Positions 13,829 through 26,868 of a stretch of DNA of 64,000 bases are shown piece after piece. The stretch lies in NCBI GenBank assembly GCA_951406725.2, contig OX597823.1:108128001-108192000 (forward strand), written 5' to 3'. Source of the DNA: Octopus vulgaris. Its lineage: Eukaryota. Within the stretch, counting starts at the first letter, position 1; each line of letters begins with the position of its first letter. The notes beneath the pieces are model-generated. The model saw only the letters and a list, made by a program, of their open reading frames with translations. It ran no database searches and was not told where the DNA came from. The translations under genes were made by a program, and so were the position numbers.

Positions 13829-13915
13829 TGGAGGGTAGATCAGCTGAAACGTGTTAACAACAAACAAGATGAGGACAGATATCCATCAAATGTAAATAAT
13901 GTAAATAATGTACGT
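13829..13915 (+). repeat. Truncated sister copy of the hammerhead-bearing repeat at 41340-41530
   Basis: tggagggtagatcagctgaaacgtgttaacaacaaacaagatgaggacagatatc..gtaaataatgtacgt matches 41404-41502; the 5' half of the ribozyme is missing. Confidence 0.75.
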
Positions 13916-15013
13916 TAATTGAGTAGTTCTTCCCCATAATGTTCCTCGTATAGGATGTCATTTCATGGAATGCTGGAATGAAGAATTTCAAAGTTCTTAG
14001 CACTCATGGAGCTCATAGACATTTTGTGGTGCCAATATCATGAGCATTTCTGGTTATTATTATCACTGCAATAGAAACGAGCACAGACCCAATCCTCCCT
14101 CAGCCCAGTAATGTTACCATTTATCCATAATTCTGAGCCAGGTTAAGAAATTTCACTTTGGATTAGAGGATAGAGGATCCCAACAATTGGAGAGAGAGAG
14201 TATGTGAAACTTTGGCCATAATAATGAAGTCCCATTACATGGTACCGAGGGAGGAATTTACAGTGAAATAAATCTGATTTCAATGTGTGATTTGAATTTT
14301 CTTTTATCTTTCTCTAGATAAGGTAAAATAAGAATAAAGAGAACATTCTGATATTTCTTGTGAAATCACTTTGTAACTTATAAAGTCTTTTGGCAGCAAA
14401 ATTCATTTCTCTCTTTCTCTCTTTCTCTCTCATTGTCATTCTCTCTCTGTCTAATTCTCCTTCTCTCAGACTTCCCCTCACTCTCTTCTTTCTCTTTCTT
14501 TTCTTGTATTTATTAGTCTTTATCACATATACATTTTTATTCTATGTCATTCCCACCAAATTTACAACTGACACACCTCCTGACTCCAACCCTTTTCCTC
14601 AAATTTATACCCTCTCCCTTTCGACCTCTCTCCCTTATATTCCCTACACACTCTCCCTTTCTTTCTCATCATTTCTTCCTATTTTTACTCTCATTATCTC
14701 TGTAAAATATTTTTCACTTTAAACCTTCTTTGCTTTTCCATCCTTCTACCTCTCCCTCTCCTTCCATCTCCCTTTCCCTGCACCTCAAACTACCCCTAAT
14801 TTCATCCTTAATTCTCCAACTTACAATCTCTATTACCATTCTTCTCTTTAAAAAAAAAAGTTTTATTTTTATTCTACAATTTCATTTTTCATCAAAATTT
14901 TTCCACCAAGAATTTAGGTTAAATATTTTTTTAAAAGAAATCTAAATGTAAAAAAAAACCTATCATATATACATATATGTGAATATGTGTGTATATAGAT
15001 ACATATGCCTACA

Positions 15014-15073
<60 letters not shown>

Positions 15074-15096
15074 TGTTTGAATGTATGTTGCTATTC

Positions 15097-15144
<48 letters not shown>

Positions 15145-15456
15145 ATATATTTATTTATATGTAGTTGACATAAATCATTGATTAAATGTAAATAAACAAA
15201 TAAAAAAAATTGATAAATAGACAGATTACCAGACAAAATAGACAGATAAATAGATAAAGAGATGGATATACAGAAGGCTAGATAGATAAATAGGTAGATA
15301 AGGATGTATTTTGGGGGGAAATTACATGAGCTTTGACAAAAACAGTTCTACATATTTTTTTGTGTGCGTGTGCATAAGTGTGTATATAAAGATACATATA
15401 CACGTATACACACATATGCACAAAAATATATCTATATCTGTACATATATGTATTAT

Positions 15457-15489
<33 letters not shown>

Positions 15490-16956
15490 CTTTATATATA
15501 TATATATATATATCAACACATATAATACACTATACATGTGTGCTCATATATATATAAAAAATATGTATATGTATATGTATATATATGTGTGGAGGTGTGT
15601 GTTAATGCACATGTATGTATGTATGTGTGTGTCGACATACCATTATCTCTATCCATGAGATTCTTTTTACACAGTTTTTTTTTTATTATTCCCTTTTTGT
15701 GATTTCATAACTACACTTGTCTGTGTCAATAGATTCAGGAAACTAACTTATAATTACAACAACCTTACATATCAAAATCAATACTGAAAATAATATAGGT
15801 TTACATATCATATATGTATATTTTTGTGTTATATCATTTGTGTTCAACTTCAAATATATATAATTTTATAGTTTTTATTTCAAATTATCTTATACGTTTC
15901 ACATTGAGTTTTAAAAATTTCATTAACAAATAAAAAGTTAAAGAAACTGCCTAAAAACATAACATAAAACTGAGAGATTTTTTTTGTTCCATAAACAAGC
16001 ATGTGCATGTATCTCCATATATATATATATATAGATGTGTGTGTGTGTGTGTGTGTGTGTGAGCAAATACATGATTACACATACTCAAGTGATGTAGAAA
16101 TCATCAAACATGAATTTCATATGCATGTATGTATACATGTGTGCATGTGTGTGTGTGTCTTTCAAAGATTTTATTTTAGACACATACATACACTCACACA
16201 TGCATATGCACATTTATAGGCATGCATATGCAGTTGTAAATATGATTATGTGTGTGAATAAATGTGCGTATATAAATGTGTGTATGTGTGTAAATATATA
16301 TATATATACATGTACACAGTTTAAAAGATGCTATTCCAAATGATTTAATGACTCAATGGCAGATGTTTAATTTACAACATGGTGATTTAAATGCAAATTC
16401 CAACATGTATATTATTTATGCCAAAGGATTGGGGCATGTCCCACTGTATACACTGGATAATAAAGCATTAGATATATGGATATGTGTGTGTATATACATA
16501 CATATACATACATATATATATATATGCATACACACATATATACATACACACATACATGTATATATGTATGTATGTTTGTATTTCTGTATGTGTTACTGAG
16601 TGCAAGTGTCAATATTTTCGCATGTACACATAAACACAGACATACATAAATAAGCTAACAAGTTTTTTTATAAAATGAAAAATAAAAAACCCCAAAAAAT
16701 ACCTGCTACTGTTTTCTTCTCTGAAATTAATATTAGTTCTGAGATAACATAAGAAAAAAAGGATTGGTTAATTCAAGAGTTGATGGGTGGGATAGTAAAA
16801 ATTGTACAAATTAACAGATACATGCACATCTGCACTAAAACATACATATACACACACATACATATATATATATCTGCATATGTGTATATATAATGATATA
16901 TGTCTATGCGCGTCTATATATATATATACATATGTTTGTGTATGTATACATATATA

Positions 16957-17013
<57 letters not shown>

Positions 17014-17610
17014 TTGATATTCACATGCACATAAACCTTGTTAGAATTAAGATGATGATATCCTTGCATACAAATATATGCACATAGTTGCACAGCCAAT
17101 ATGTATATACCCACCCATGTACAAACTGATTATTACATTTATTCAATCACACATACACTTAAAAAGCAACTCATATATATATACATACGCAAAGCCCTTT
17201 GCTTTCAGAAAAAAATATTTGTTGTCTTTACATAAATTATAGTTTTTTTTTATATATATCAGTTTAAATTATTATTATTATTATTACTTTTTATATTGAA
17301 TTTATATCGATTTTTGCAGTTGTTATTTATTACATAATATTTTTTTAGAAGTACATATCAGGATCAATACTGTTTTGAAAATCTTGGTTGAATATTTTAT
17401 TTATATACACTAAATTAATCTCTGTGTATGAAACTGAATGTTTAAATGAACACATGAAGATATGTATGTACACACACACACACACACACTCACACACACA
17501 TTATGCATATGTATTAAGTATACATATATATGCATTATGTATATGTATTAAGTATACATATATATAAATGTGTGATTGCACATAGGTGTATATGCACATG
17601 CATACATATT

Positions 17611-17630
17611 CTATCTATCTATCTATCTAC

Positions 17631-17672
<42 letters not shown>

Positions 17673-17742
17673 GTCAGTCTATCTATCTATCTATCTCTCT
17701 GTCAGTCAGTCAGTCTGTTTGTCTGTCTGTCTGTCTGTCTGT

Positions 17743-17812
<70 letters not shown>

Positions 17813-17913
17813 GTCAGTCTATCTATCTGTCAGTCAGTCAGTCTGTTTGTCTGTCTGTCTGTCTGTCTATTTATCTATCTATCTATTTATCTATCTATCT
17901 GTCTGTCTATCTA

Positions 17914-17963
<50 letters not shown>
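17611..17963. repeat. (CTAT)n/(CTGT)n compound microsatellite
   Basis: Seen directly; source of the YLSI pseudo-ORFs. Confidence 0.95.
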
Positions 17964-17964
<1 letters not shown>

Positions 17965-18402
17965 ACACACGCGCATACACACGCACACACACACACACAC
18001 ACACACACGTAAGTGTATGCATATAGTAATACGTCTATCATGCAGTTTCTACCACACAATTCTGCTCTAAATATGTTGCCTACCACAACTGATAAATATG
18101 ACTTGGGAAATTGTTTGCTTTGCAGAGTTCTTAAATTTTCTTCTTTCAAACACAAAAATTATAAAAATGCATCATTTTATTGAAGTTTTAACTGACAACA
18201 TATTATCGTATGACTTTTTTTATTGTAATTTTTGTTGTTGATAGCGGGGGAGGAGTAACTGGTGGTGGTGGTGGAGGAGATGATACTAGAAAAGATGTTA
18301 CTGTTGCTAGTGGTAGTGATGATGGCTTTGGTGTTATTAAAAGGAGTGCTTTGTGGTGATGGTGGTGGTGGTGGCAGTGCTGATGGTGGTGGTGATGGTT
18401 AA

Positions 18403-19002
18403 AGGCGGCGACCTGGCAGAAACGTTAGCATGCCGGGCAAGATGCTTAGTGTATTTCGTCTGCCGCTACGTTCTGGGTTCAAATTCCGCCGAGGTCGACT
18501 TTGCCTTTCATCCTTTCGGGGTCGATTAAATAAGTACCAGCTACACACTGGGGTTGACGTAATCGACTTAATCCGTTTGTCTGTCCTTGTTTGCCCTCTC
18601 TGTGTTTAGCCCCTTGTGGGTAGTAAAGAAATAGGTATTTCATCTGCCGCTACGTTCTGGGTTCAAATTCCGCCGAGGTCGACTTTGCCTTTCATCCTTT
18701 CGGGGTCGATTAAATATGTACCAGTTACACACTGGGGTCGATATAATCGACTTAATCCGTTTGTCTGTCCTTGTTTGTCCTCTCTGTGTTTAGCCCCTTG
18801 TGGGTAGTAAAGAAATAGGTATTTCGTCTGCCGCTACATTCTGGGTTAAAATTCCACCGAGGTCGACTTTGCCTTTCATCCTTTCGGGGTCGATTAAATA
18901 AGTACCAGTTACGCACTGAGGTCGATATAATCGACTTAATCCGTTTGTCTGTCCTTGTTTGTCCCCCTCTGTATTTAGCCCCTTGTGGGTAGTAAAGAAA
19001 TA
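18403..19002 (+). mobile_element. SINE family B concatemer: one head plus three ~184-bp bodies
   Basis: Junctions aaagaaatag|gtatttc at 18635 and 18819. Flanked by the candidate TSD ggtggtggtgatggt (18385-18399 and 19003-19017). Confidence 0.9.
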
Positions 19003-19363
19003 GGTGGTGGTGATGGTGGTGGTGGTTGCAGGCGTGATAGTGGTAATGGTGGTGATGACTGTAGTAGTGGTAGTGGAAATGTTATCAGAAGAGTTTGTTT
19101 CATTTTAAATTTATACATACCGTCCAACCCATGCCAGCATGGAAAACAGGCAGTAAATACTGCTGCTGCTGCTGCTACTGGTGACATGCTCACATGCACA
19201 TATCTCTTTATTGTTTCTAGTTTCACTCACTGGATTGTGGCCATGCTGGGGTTCTGCCTTGAGGAGTTTACTCAAACAAATTGACCTCGGGACTTATTTA
19301 TGTAAAGTCTTGTACTTATTCTTTTGGTCTCTTTTCCTGAACTGCAAAGTTACAGGAACATAG

Positions 19364-19765
19364 AGGCTGAATGGTAAGAAGCTTGCTTTCCAACCACATG
19401 GTTCCGGGTTTAGTCCCATTGCATAGCTCCTTGGGCAAGTGTCTTCTACTATAGCCTCGGGCCAACCAAAGACTTGTGGGTGGATTTGTTAGAGGGAAAC
19501 TGAAAGATGGTCGTACATATAAGTGTGTGTGAGTGTGTGTGTGTCTACGTATATGTTTGTCTTTGTCACTCCACCATTGCTTGACAACTGATGTTGGTGT
19601 GTTTATGTCCCTGTAACTTAGCAGCTCTGCAAAAGAGCCTGATAGAAGAAGTACCAGGCATACAAAGTATTAGTGCTGAGGTCGATTTCTTCAACTAAAA
19701 TCCTTTAAGGCAGTGCTCCAGCATGGCTGCAGTCTAATGGCTGAAACAAGTAGCAGAATAAGAGA
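19364..19765 (+). mobile_element. SINE family A, preceded by an inverted tail fragment (19205-19360)
   Basis: Head, core and tail motifs as in the other family A copies. Confidence 0.82.
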
Positions 19766-20060
19766 ATAACAGAAAGCCAACATGTTTATCAAATGGTGTG
19801 GAGACAAACATAAAGACACATACATTTATATCTACACACATAAATATATATATATACTCACTCATACAAACACACACACTTACACACACTCACATGCACA
19901 CACTCATGAGTTAGCACATAAATGCAAAACAAGATGGAAAAAATAGTAATCAAATACCAAAGGCAGAGTAATATGCTTTTATTAAAGCTGTAAAACAATT
20001 TCACAAAAACTTAAATCAATGTTTCATGTTGCCATTTGTCAGACGGTTGTGATCAAAAAG

Positions 20061-20210
<150 letters not shown>

Positions 20211-20328
20211 CACACATATATATATATATATATAGCAAATGAAAGACAGAAGATGGAATATACGAGGTTTTATTTTTAAACATGACAATTGTTTTGACAC
20301 ATCAAGCGTCAATTCCTCTCGAGTGGGA

Positions 20329-20383
20329 CACTCAACAACTGTTTCAGGAGCATCCAGTGGTGCAGATGTATCTCATCAGGTGA
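20329..20383 (-). ncRNA. Partly degenerate type I hammerhead downstream of a Penelope-like ORF
   Basis: Minus strand reads CAC-CUGAUGA-[stem II CAUCU/GGAUG]-GAAAC-aguu-GU-U-GaGUG; stem I is imperfect. Confidence 0.55.
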
Positions 20384-20699
20384 TAAATAATTACAGCTCA
20401 TTAAAATGACTGTTCCAGACAGAGGAAATATCTTCATTTATATAGAAGATCAAAAATAAAATCACAGATAGCAAAAAGAGAAACTAACATGCAATCCACC
20501 GAGAAAAGTATTAAAAATAACCGTTAACAGATTGGGCAAGCTGTATGGTGTGAGTACACCCGCTCATACAAGCATCTGCAAAAATGTGAGCATACGCACA
20601 CGTGAGTTTTGGTGCACTCATGATCACAAAGCGAGTTAACTATCTGCTTGGTGTTTATAAGAATGTGGAGGTTAAAAGTAAACTTAAGTCATCCTTACC

Positions 20700-21830
20700 T
20701 TAAAGTAAATTAAATTAAGTTAACGGTTACTTAAAATTCATTCTCACTGTATTGTACAAAAGTACATTTATATGCATGTAGGCATCTCAAGAGTCGTTCA
20801 GAAGTTCTGTTAATTATTTTCTCGTTAGTCCACAGAATAGACAGGGATTCCTTGGAGCAGAGACAGCATCTCCTGGAAATTATATCGTATGGTTTTGCAC
20901 ACCTTACTATGGACCAATTAATGATGTATTTAGTTTTATCCTCCTTCAGTCACCATACAAAATCTGCCAAAGATGTTGAATATCTCTTATTGTTTGTCTT
21001 AAAGCTGGCAACATGGTTACAATAAAGATTCTTAAATGAATCAGCCGTCTGCCCAATGTAAACGTAGAGCCCTCCCCTTGTGTGCACGGTACATTTATAT
21101 ACAAGATTTGTACTCATACAGAGATCCATCAAAGGACATTTTGATTTTTCTCTGCATGAGGATTTATCATATTTATTTGTATATAAGGCAGTCCTGACTC
21201 CATTAAACAGCATTGTTACCATACTCACTGTATCATGAGTATTTCTACTTCCACAAATTGGTCGTAGTTGGTGTTTATCAATGTGGTTTACATCTCCTTG
21301 GTTGGTATTTACATGCAAATGTTCCCTAGATCCAGTAGGTGTGTTATTGAACCTTTGCTGCATTTTGCTACTGTTTATCCAATGCATAAGCTGCTCTAAT
21401 TTAGCACAGTTGGTGTAGGATACCTTCACAGTGTGTCAATTAAAAATAGCATGATACCGATTAGATTTAGGAAGACACTTGTCCAAAGCATCAAAACATT
21501 TTCCAGCGATCTTGGTTGAAACATGTGAGCCGAAAATCGGGTTGAATCAGAGGACATCCTGATTCCTATATCTGTTGTAAAGCTTATTTGATCGAGTGTG
21601 TTGTACAGGATTGGAACAAGCAGATGGATTATTATGTTGCATGTGCCTATGAGTTTTTGTTGGTAGTTCATTGATATGATCAATTCTTTCTGGCCTGTAT
21701 TCTTTATCTGAGTGAGTTCTCAAATGGTGACGTTGTGGTGGTATACAATGTGCTTTACAGTTGGAGGAATTACCAGTGTTTTGTATGCCTGCTTCTTGTA
21801 TATATTGAATTTTTTTCATGGTACCCAACC
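20700..21830 (-). mobile_element. Degraded Penelope-like element (RT C-terminus plus GIY-YIG endonuclease)
   Basis: KVSYT.. followed by CREKSKCPLMDLCMSTNLVYKCTV..VYIGQTADSFKNLYCNHVASF..TSLADFVW, the PLE-type GIY-YIG pattern. Confidence 0.85.
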
Positions 21831-21879
21831 CTAGCTATACATTTCTTTTGTTTTGCGAGTACTTGGTGAACCTTCCAGT

Positions 21880-22140
21880 GCAGGTGCCACTTAAAAGTGG
21901 TTGGTGTTTGGAAGGGCATCCAGCCGTAAAAACCTTGCCAAAACTAACCTCGCCTGTGCTTGTGCCACGTAAAAAGCACTAAGTCCATTCGGCTGAGTGG
22001 TTGGTGTTAGGAAGGGCATCCAGCTGTAAAAATCCTGCCAAAACAGTTACAGGAGTCTGGTGCAAGCTTCTTCCTGGCTGGTTCTTGTTAGACCATCACA
22101 CTCATGCCAGCATGGAAGGTGGACATTAAATGAAGATGAT
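21880..22140 (+). mobile_element. RTE 3'-UTR-derived short copy (others at about 22935-23140 -, 30580-30757 +, 41895-42622 +, 47900-48290 +, 54930-55230 -, 60165-60330 +)
   Basis: gtggttggtgttaggaagggcatccagctgta..catgccagcatggaa..ggac.ttaaa(tga)n is the same in type as the 3' end of the RTE at 26700-26868. Confidence 0.8.
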
Positions 22141-22863
22141 CATATATGTATGTATGTATGTATGTATATATGTATATATATAAAGATAGATATGAGTGTA
22201 TATATATGTGTGAGTGTATGTGTGCATGTGTGTATGTGTGTGTATGTGTGTGTAACAGTGGATGTGTGTATATTTCATGTTATAGCTACCCAGGTAGCTG
22301 ACATTTTACACAGGTGGTACATCATTTCAAGAAACTAATCATAGGCTGTGTGAATGCTATTGAATCTGGTTTTAACTTTTTCTAACCTGCAAACAGATGA
22401 AAAGAAAAAAAATTCCAAGGCTATTGTATTCTTACAAACACTGCAGTAAACATTAAGAGAAAATTCATTGATTGGAAAAATAATCCCTTTCAAATATTTT
22501 ATGAGAATTAATAAAAAATATTTTGAAAATATTTGTATCTTTTCTCAAGTACAGCATTTTTTATTTACACAATCTTGTTTTACTGCAATGTAAAAAACAG
22601 AAGAATAGAATTAGATGCACTTTTATAAAACTCCCCTTGAACCAACTTCTGGATGATTTGGAATTAAATGACATTTGTCAACATCTTTTAATGGTGTTAT
22701 TCAAAAATTTAGAGGTTCCATGCAATAATATATGATCTGGATATTAATTAGCCTGGGTAAGGTGTTGTATTGCAGCTCAGGTGTGTACAGGTTTGTGTAT
22801 CAATAAGAAAATCGTATGTGTATATGTGCATGTTTGTGTATGTGTGTATATATATATATATAT

Positions 22864-22898
<35 letters not shown>

Positions 22899-23174
22899 TA
22901 TCATTATCATCATCGACGTCATTGTCATCATCATCATCATTTAACGCCCACTTTCCGTGCTGGCATGGGTTTCACTTAGAACTGGCAATCCGGGAGGCTG
23001 CACCAGATTCCAATCTGATTTGGCAAAGTTTCTACAGCCCTTTCTAACACCAACCACTCTGAGAGTGTAGTAGGTGTTTTTATATGCAACTTGGCATCGG
23101 ACATGCTCGAATGGTGCTTTTTATGTGCCACCAGCATGCTTCTCTAAATTTCCTTTCTTTCTCTCTCTGTGACA

Positions 23175-23960
23175 TCATCTTGGTTTTTTTGTTTCATCAG
23201 CATAGCTAGTGACAGTGGCTGTCTGAGTGACTGTGGGCATGTCTAAGAGAGCCAGCATGAACAGTAATGGCTCCAGAACAGTTTCCTGTGGAATACCACT
23301 TGGAATTTCAGTTCCCTCAGAAAGGGCACCATTGGCTGCATCTACCTGACTTCTGCCTTTATGGAAGTCATGCAGCCACTTTCCCAGTTTACCAGCAATC
23401 TCAGATACCTTGACTTTGCAAAAAAGCATTTGATAAGGAGTATTAGAGATTTAATTTTTATTTTTTAATAATTGTAATATCTTCAATACATTATATTTTA
23501 CTTGTTTCAGTCATTAGACTGTGCTCATTCTGGAGCACCACATTATACTTATTTAAATCTCTAATACTCCTTATCAAATGCTTTTTTGCAAAGTCAAGGT
23601 ATCTGAGATCTGAATGGTGAAACAGCTGTCTCAAAACCCAGTCACAGTGCTGTAGGAGTTGTGTGAGGCAGCTTCTTCCTGGATGGAAGCCATGCTGTGT
23701 ATTGTTCATTTGGTCATTTTCTTCTAGGAACATTATCAACTTCTTTCTGATGATTTGCTTTATGGCTTTACTGATATGCGAGGTCAGAGAGATTGGCACA
23801 TAGTTTTGGGCCTCTGCTCTGCTTCCACCTTTGTGGATAGGGCATATAATGTCTTCTTCCAGCTTTTTAGGAAGTTTACCACTTGCATGGAAACTTTGGA
23901 AAAGTATCTGAATTGGTTTCATTAAAGCTTGCTCACCTGACTTCAGAATAGCTGCGAAGC
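23175..23960 (-). pseudogene. Degraded CR1-like LINE RT core
   Basis: PIHKGGSR..NYVPISLTSHISK, QHGFHPGRSCLTQLL, YLDFAK, SGIPQETVLEPLLF and YADET motifs. Confidence 0.88.
23398..23609. repeat. Perfect 57-bp inverted repeat with a 98-bp spacer
   Basis: 23398-23454 is the exact reverse complement of 23553-23609. Confidence 0.92.
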
Positions 23961-24107
23961 CATATTTACAAGCAACAATGGTGATGACACCCATGTATAT
24001 TTTGCATATTAAGCCAAAATGTGTTATTTAGTTTATTTGTATCATTATCTCTCTCTCTATCTCTATCTCTTTCTATCTATCTGTCTGTCTGTCTCTGTGT
24101 GTGTTTA

Positions 24108-24138
<31 letters not shown>

Positions 24139-24204
24139 TTATGTTTATGTTTATGTTTTCCAGTTTCAGCTCTTGAGCTGTGGCCATGCTGGGGCACCGC
24201 CATT

Positions 24205-24365
24205 GTGGTGAAAGAGTACAGCAGGGATCACCACCCCCTGCCGGAGCCTCGTAGAGCTTTTAGGTGTTTTCGCTCAATAAACACACACAACGCCCGGTCT
24301 GAGAATCGAAACCGCGATCCTGCGACCGCGAGTCCGCTGCCCTAACCACTAGGCCATTGCGACCT
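24205..24365 (-). mobile_element. SINE family D, 5' half (tRNA-derived head); the 3' half of the same family lies at 62350-62510 (-)
   Basis: A box tggcctagtgg and B box ggtttcgattc; the two pieces overlap at ccctgctgtactctttc(a/g)ccac. Confidence 0.75.
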
Positions 24366-24366
24366 C

Positions 24367-24427
<61 letters not shown>

Positions 24428-24428
<1 letters not shown>

Positions 24429-24589
24429 GGCACAGCATGGTTGTGTGGTAAGAAGCATGTCTTCCAACCTCATGGTTCCAGATCCAGTCCCACTGTGTGG
24501 CACCATGGGCAAGTGTCTTCTACTATAGCCACGGGCTGACCAAACCCTTGCGAGTGGATTTGGTAGAGGGAAACTGAATGAATCCTGTC

Positions 24590-24631
<42 letters not shown>

Positions 24632-24850
24632 TTGTGTGTGTGCATGTGTGTGTGTGTGTTTGTCCCCACCACCATCACTTGACAACGGATGTTGGTGTGT
24701 TTTCATCCTTGTAACTTAGCGGTTCAGCAAAAGAGACTGATAGAATAAGTACTAGGTTACAAAGAATAAGTCTTGGGGTTGATTTGTTTGACTAAAAGTA
24801 GTGCTCCAGCATGGCCACAGCCAAATGAGTGAAACAATTAGAAGAATAAC
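24428..24850 (+). mobile_element. SINE family A
   Basis: Head, central microsatellite and tail gtgctccagcatggccacag are all present. Confidence 0.85.
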
Positions 24851-24950
24851 AGAATATATACATGTGTACGCAATAAAGTAGAACACACACACATATATAT
24901 ATATATGTATACACACACACACACACACATGTATATATATATATATATAT

Positions 24951-26868
24951 TCCTAGTAAGGCAGCTGCAGGAGAAATACCTAGCCAAAGATAAGCCCCTG
25001 TACCTGGCTTTCGTTGACATGGAGAAAGCCTTTGATAGGGTCCCCCGATCCCTCATCTGGTGGTCAATGAGGAAACTAGGGATAGATGAATGGCTGGTGA
25101 GGGCTGTGCAAGCCATGTACAGAGATGCCGTAAGCAAGGTTAGGGTTGGCAACATGTACACAGAAGAATTCAAAGTAGAGGTTGGGGTCCACCAGGGTTC
25201 AGTACTCAGCCCCCTCCTATTTATCATAGTCCTCCAGGCAATAACAGAGGAATTCAAGACAGGTTGCCCCTGGGAGCTCCTCTATGCTGACGACCTCGCT
25301 CTAATTGCTGAGTCACTATCAGAACTGGAGCAGAAGTTCCAGGTGTGGAAGGAGGGTTTAGAATCGAGGGGCCTTAGAGTCAACCTAGCTAAAACCAAAG
25401 TACTAATAAGTAGAAAGGTAGGCAATCCACAAATGTCCTCAGGAAGATGGCCCTGCTCGATCTGTAGAAAAGGTGTGGGTAGAAACTCTATAAGATGTAC
25501 CCAGTGTAAGCTATGGACACATAAGAGGTGCAGCAATGTCAAAGGTAGGCTAACTGGGAAGATAGTTTTTATATGTGGCAGATGCTCGGGAGCATTGACC
25601 TCCAAAAATCTGCAGAAAACAACTTCCGTCACTTTCCAGGGGGAAAAATTAGAAGTAGTTGATAGCTTCCGTTATCTAGGTGACCAAGTCAGTAGTGGGG
25701 GGTGGGTGTGCTGAGAGTGTAACTGCTAGAATAAGAATAGCCTGGGCAAAGTTTAGGGAGCTCTTACCTCTGCTGGTGACTAAAGGCCTCTCGCTCAGAG
25801 TAAAAGGCAGACTGTATGATGCATGTGTACGAACAGCTATGCTACATGGCAGTGAAACATGGGCCGTGACTGCTGAGGACATGCGTAAGCTCGTGAGGAA
25901 CGAAGCCAGTATGCTCCGATGGATGTGTAATGTCAGTGTACTTACTCGACAGAGCGTTAGTTCCCTGAGAGAAATGTTGTACCTAAGAAGCATCAGTTGT
26001 TGCGTGCAAGAGAGACGATTGCGCTGGTATGGTCATGTGGCGAGAATGGATGAAGATAGGTGTGTGAGAAAGTGCCAATCCCTAGCAGTTGAGGGAACCC
26101 GTGGAAGAGGTAGACCCAGGAAAACCTGGGACGAGGTGGTGAAGCACGACCTTCGAACGTTAGGTCTCACCATGGAAATGACTAGAGACCGAGACCTATG
26201 GAAGTATGCTGTGCGTGAGAAGACCCGGCAAGACTAGTGAACCATAACCCGTGGCCCCTACCTGGGACATAGTCAGTCCACCTGTGCATACCTTCCTGCT
26301 TGTGACACTTGTGAAGACCTGTTGAGGCAAATCAAATCAAAGTCAAATCGAATCAAGTCAAACCAAATCAAAATAGATGAACATCAATGGAATTTGTATC
26401 CTTGTGGTACCAGTGCCGGTGGCACATAAGAAAACCATCCGAACGGGACCGTAGCCAGTACCGCATCGACTGGCCTCCGTGCCGTGGGCAGGTAACAAAC
26501 ACCATCCGATCGTAGCTGTTCGCCAGCCTCGTCTGGCACCTGTGTCGGTGGCACATAAGAAAAACACCGAAAACACCATATCTGAGCGTGGCCGTCTGCC
26601 AGCCTCGTCTGGCACCTGTGTCGGTGGCACATAAAAAACACCATCCGAGCGTGGACGTCTGCCAGCCTCGTCTGGCACCTGTGTCGGTGGCAGATAAAAT
26701 CACCCACTACACTCTCGGAGTGGTTGGCGTTAGGAAGGGCATCCAGCTGTAGAAACACTGCCAGATCTGACTGGCCTGGTGTAGCCTTTGGGCTTGCCAG
26801 ACCCCAGTTGAACCGTCCAACCCATGCTAGCATGGAAAGCGGACGTTAAACGATGATGATGATGATGA
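24951..26868 (+). mobile_element. Young 5'-truncated RTE-clade LINE
   Basis: RT motifs FVDMEKAFDRVP, GVHQGSVLSPLLF, YADD (25283-25294), FRYLG, HGSETW, RLRWYGHV and RGRPRKTW. One frameshift in the G-run near 25700. 3' UTR with ~60-bp tandem repeats and a (GAT)n tail; (TA)n on both sides. Confidence 0.95.

Noticed and set aside
22290-22415. Minus-strand acceptor tttgcag followed by LEKVKTRFNSIHTAYD-stop
   Set aside because: Too short and unrecognisable; such acceptors arise by chance in AT-rich DNA.
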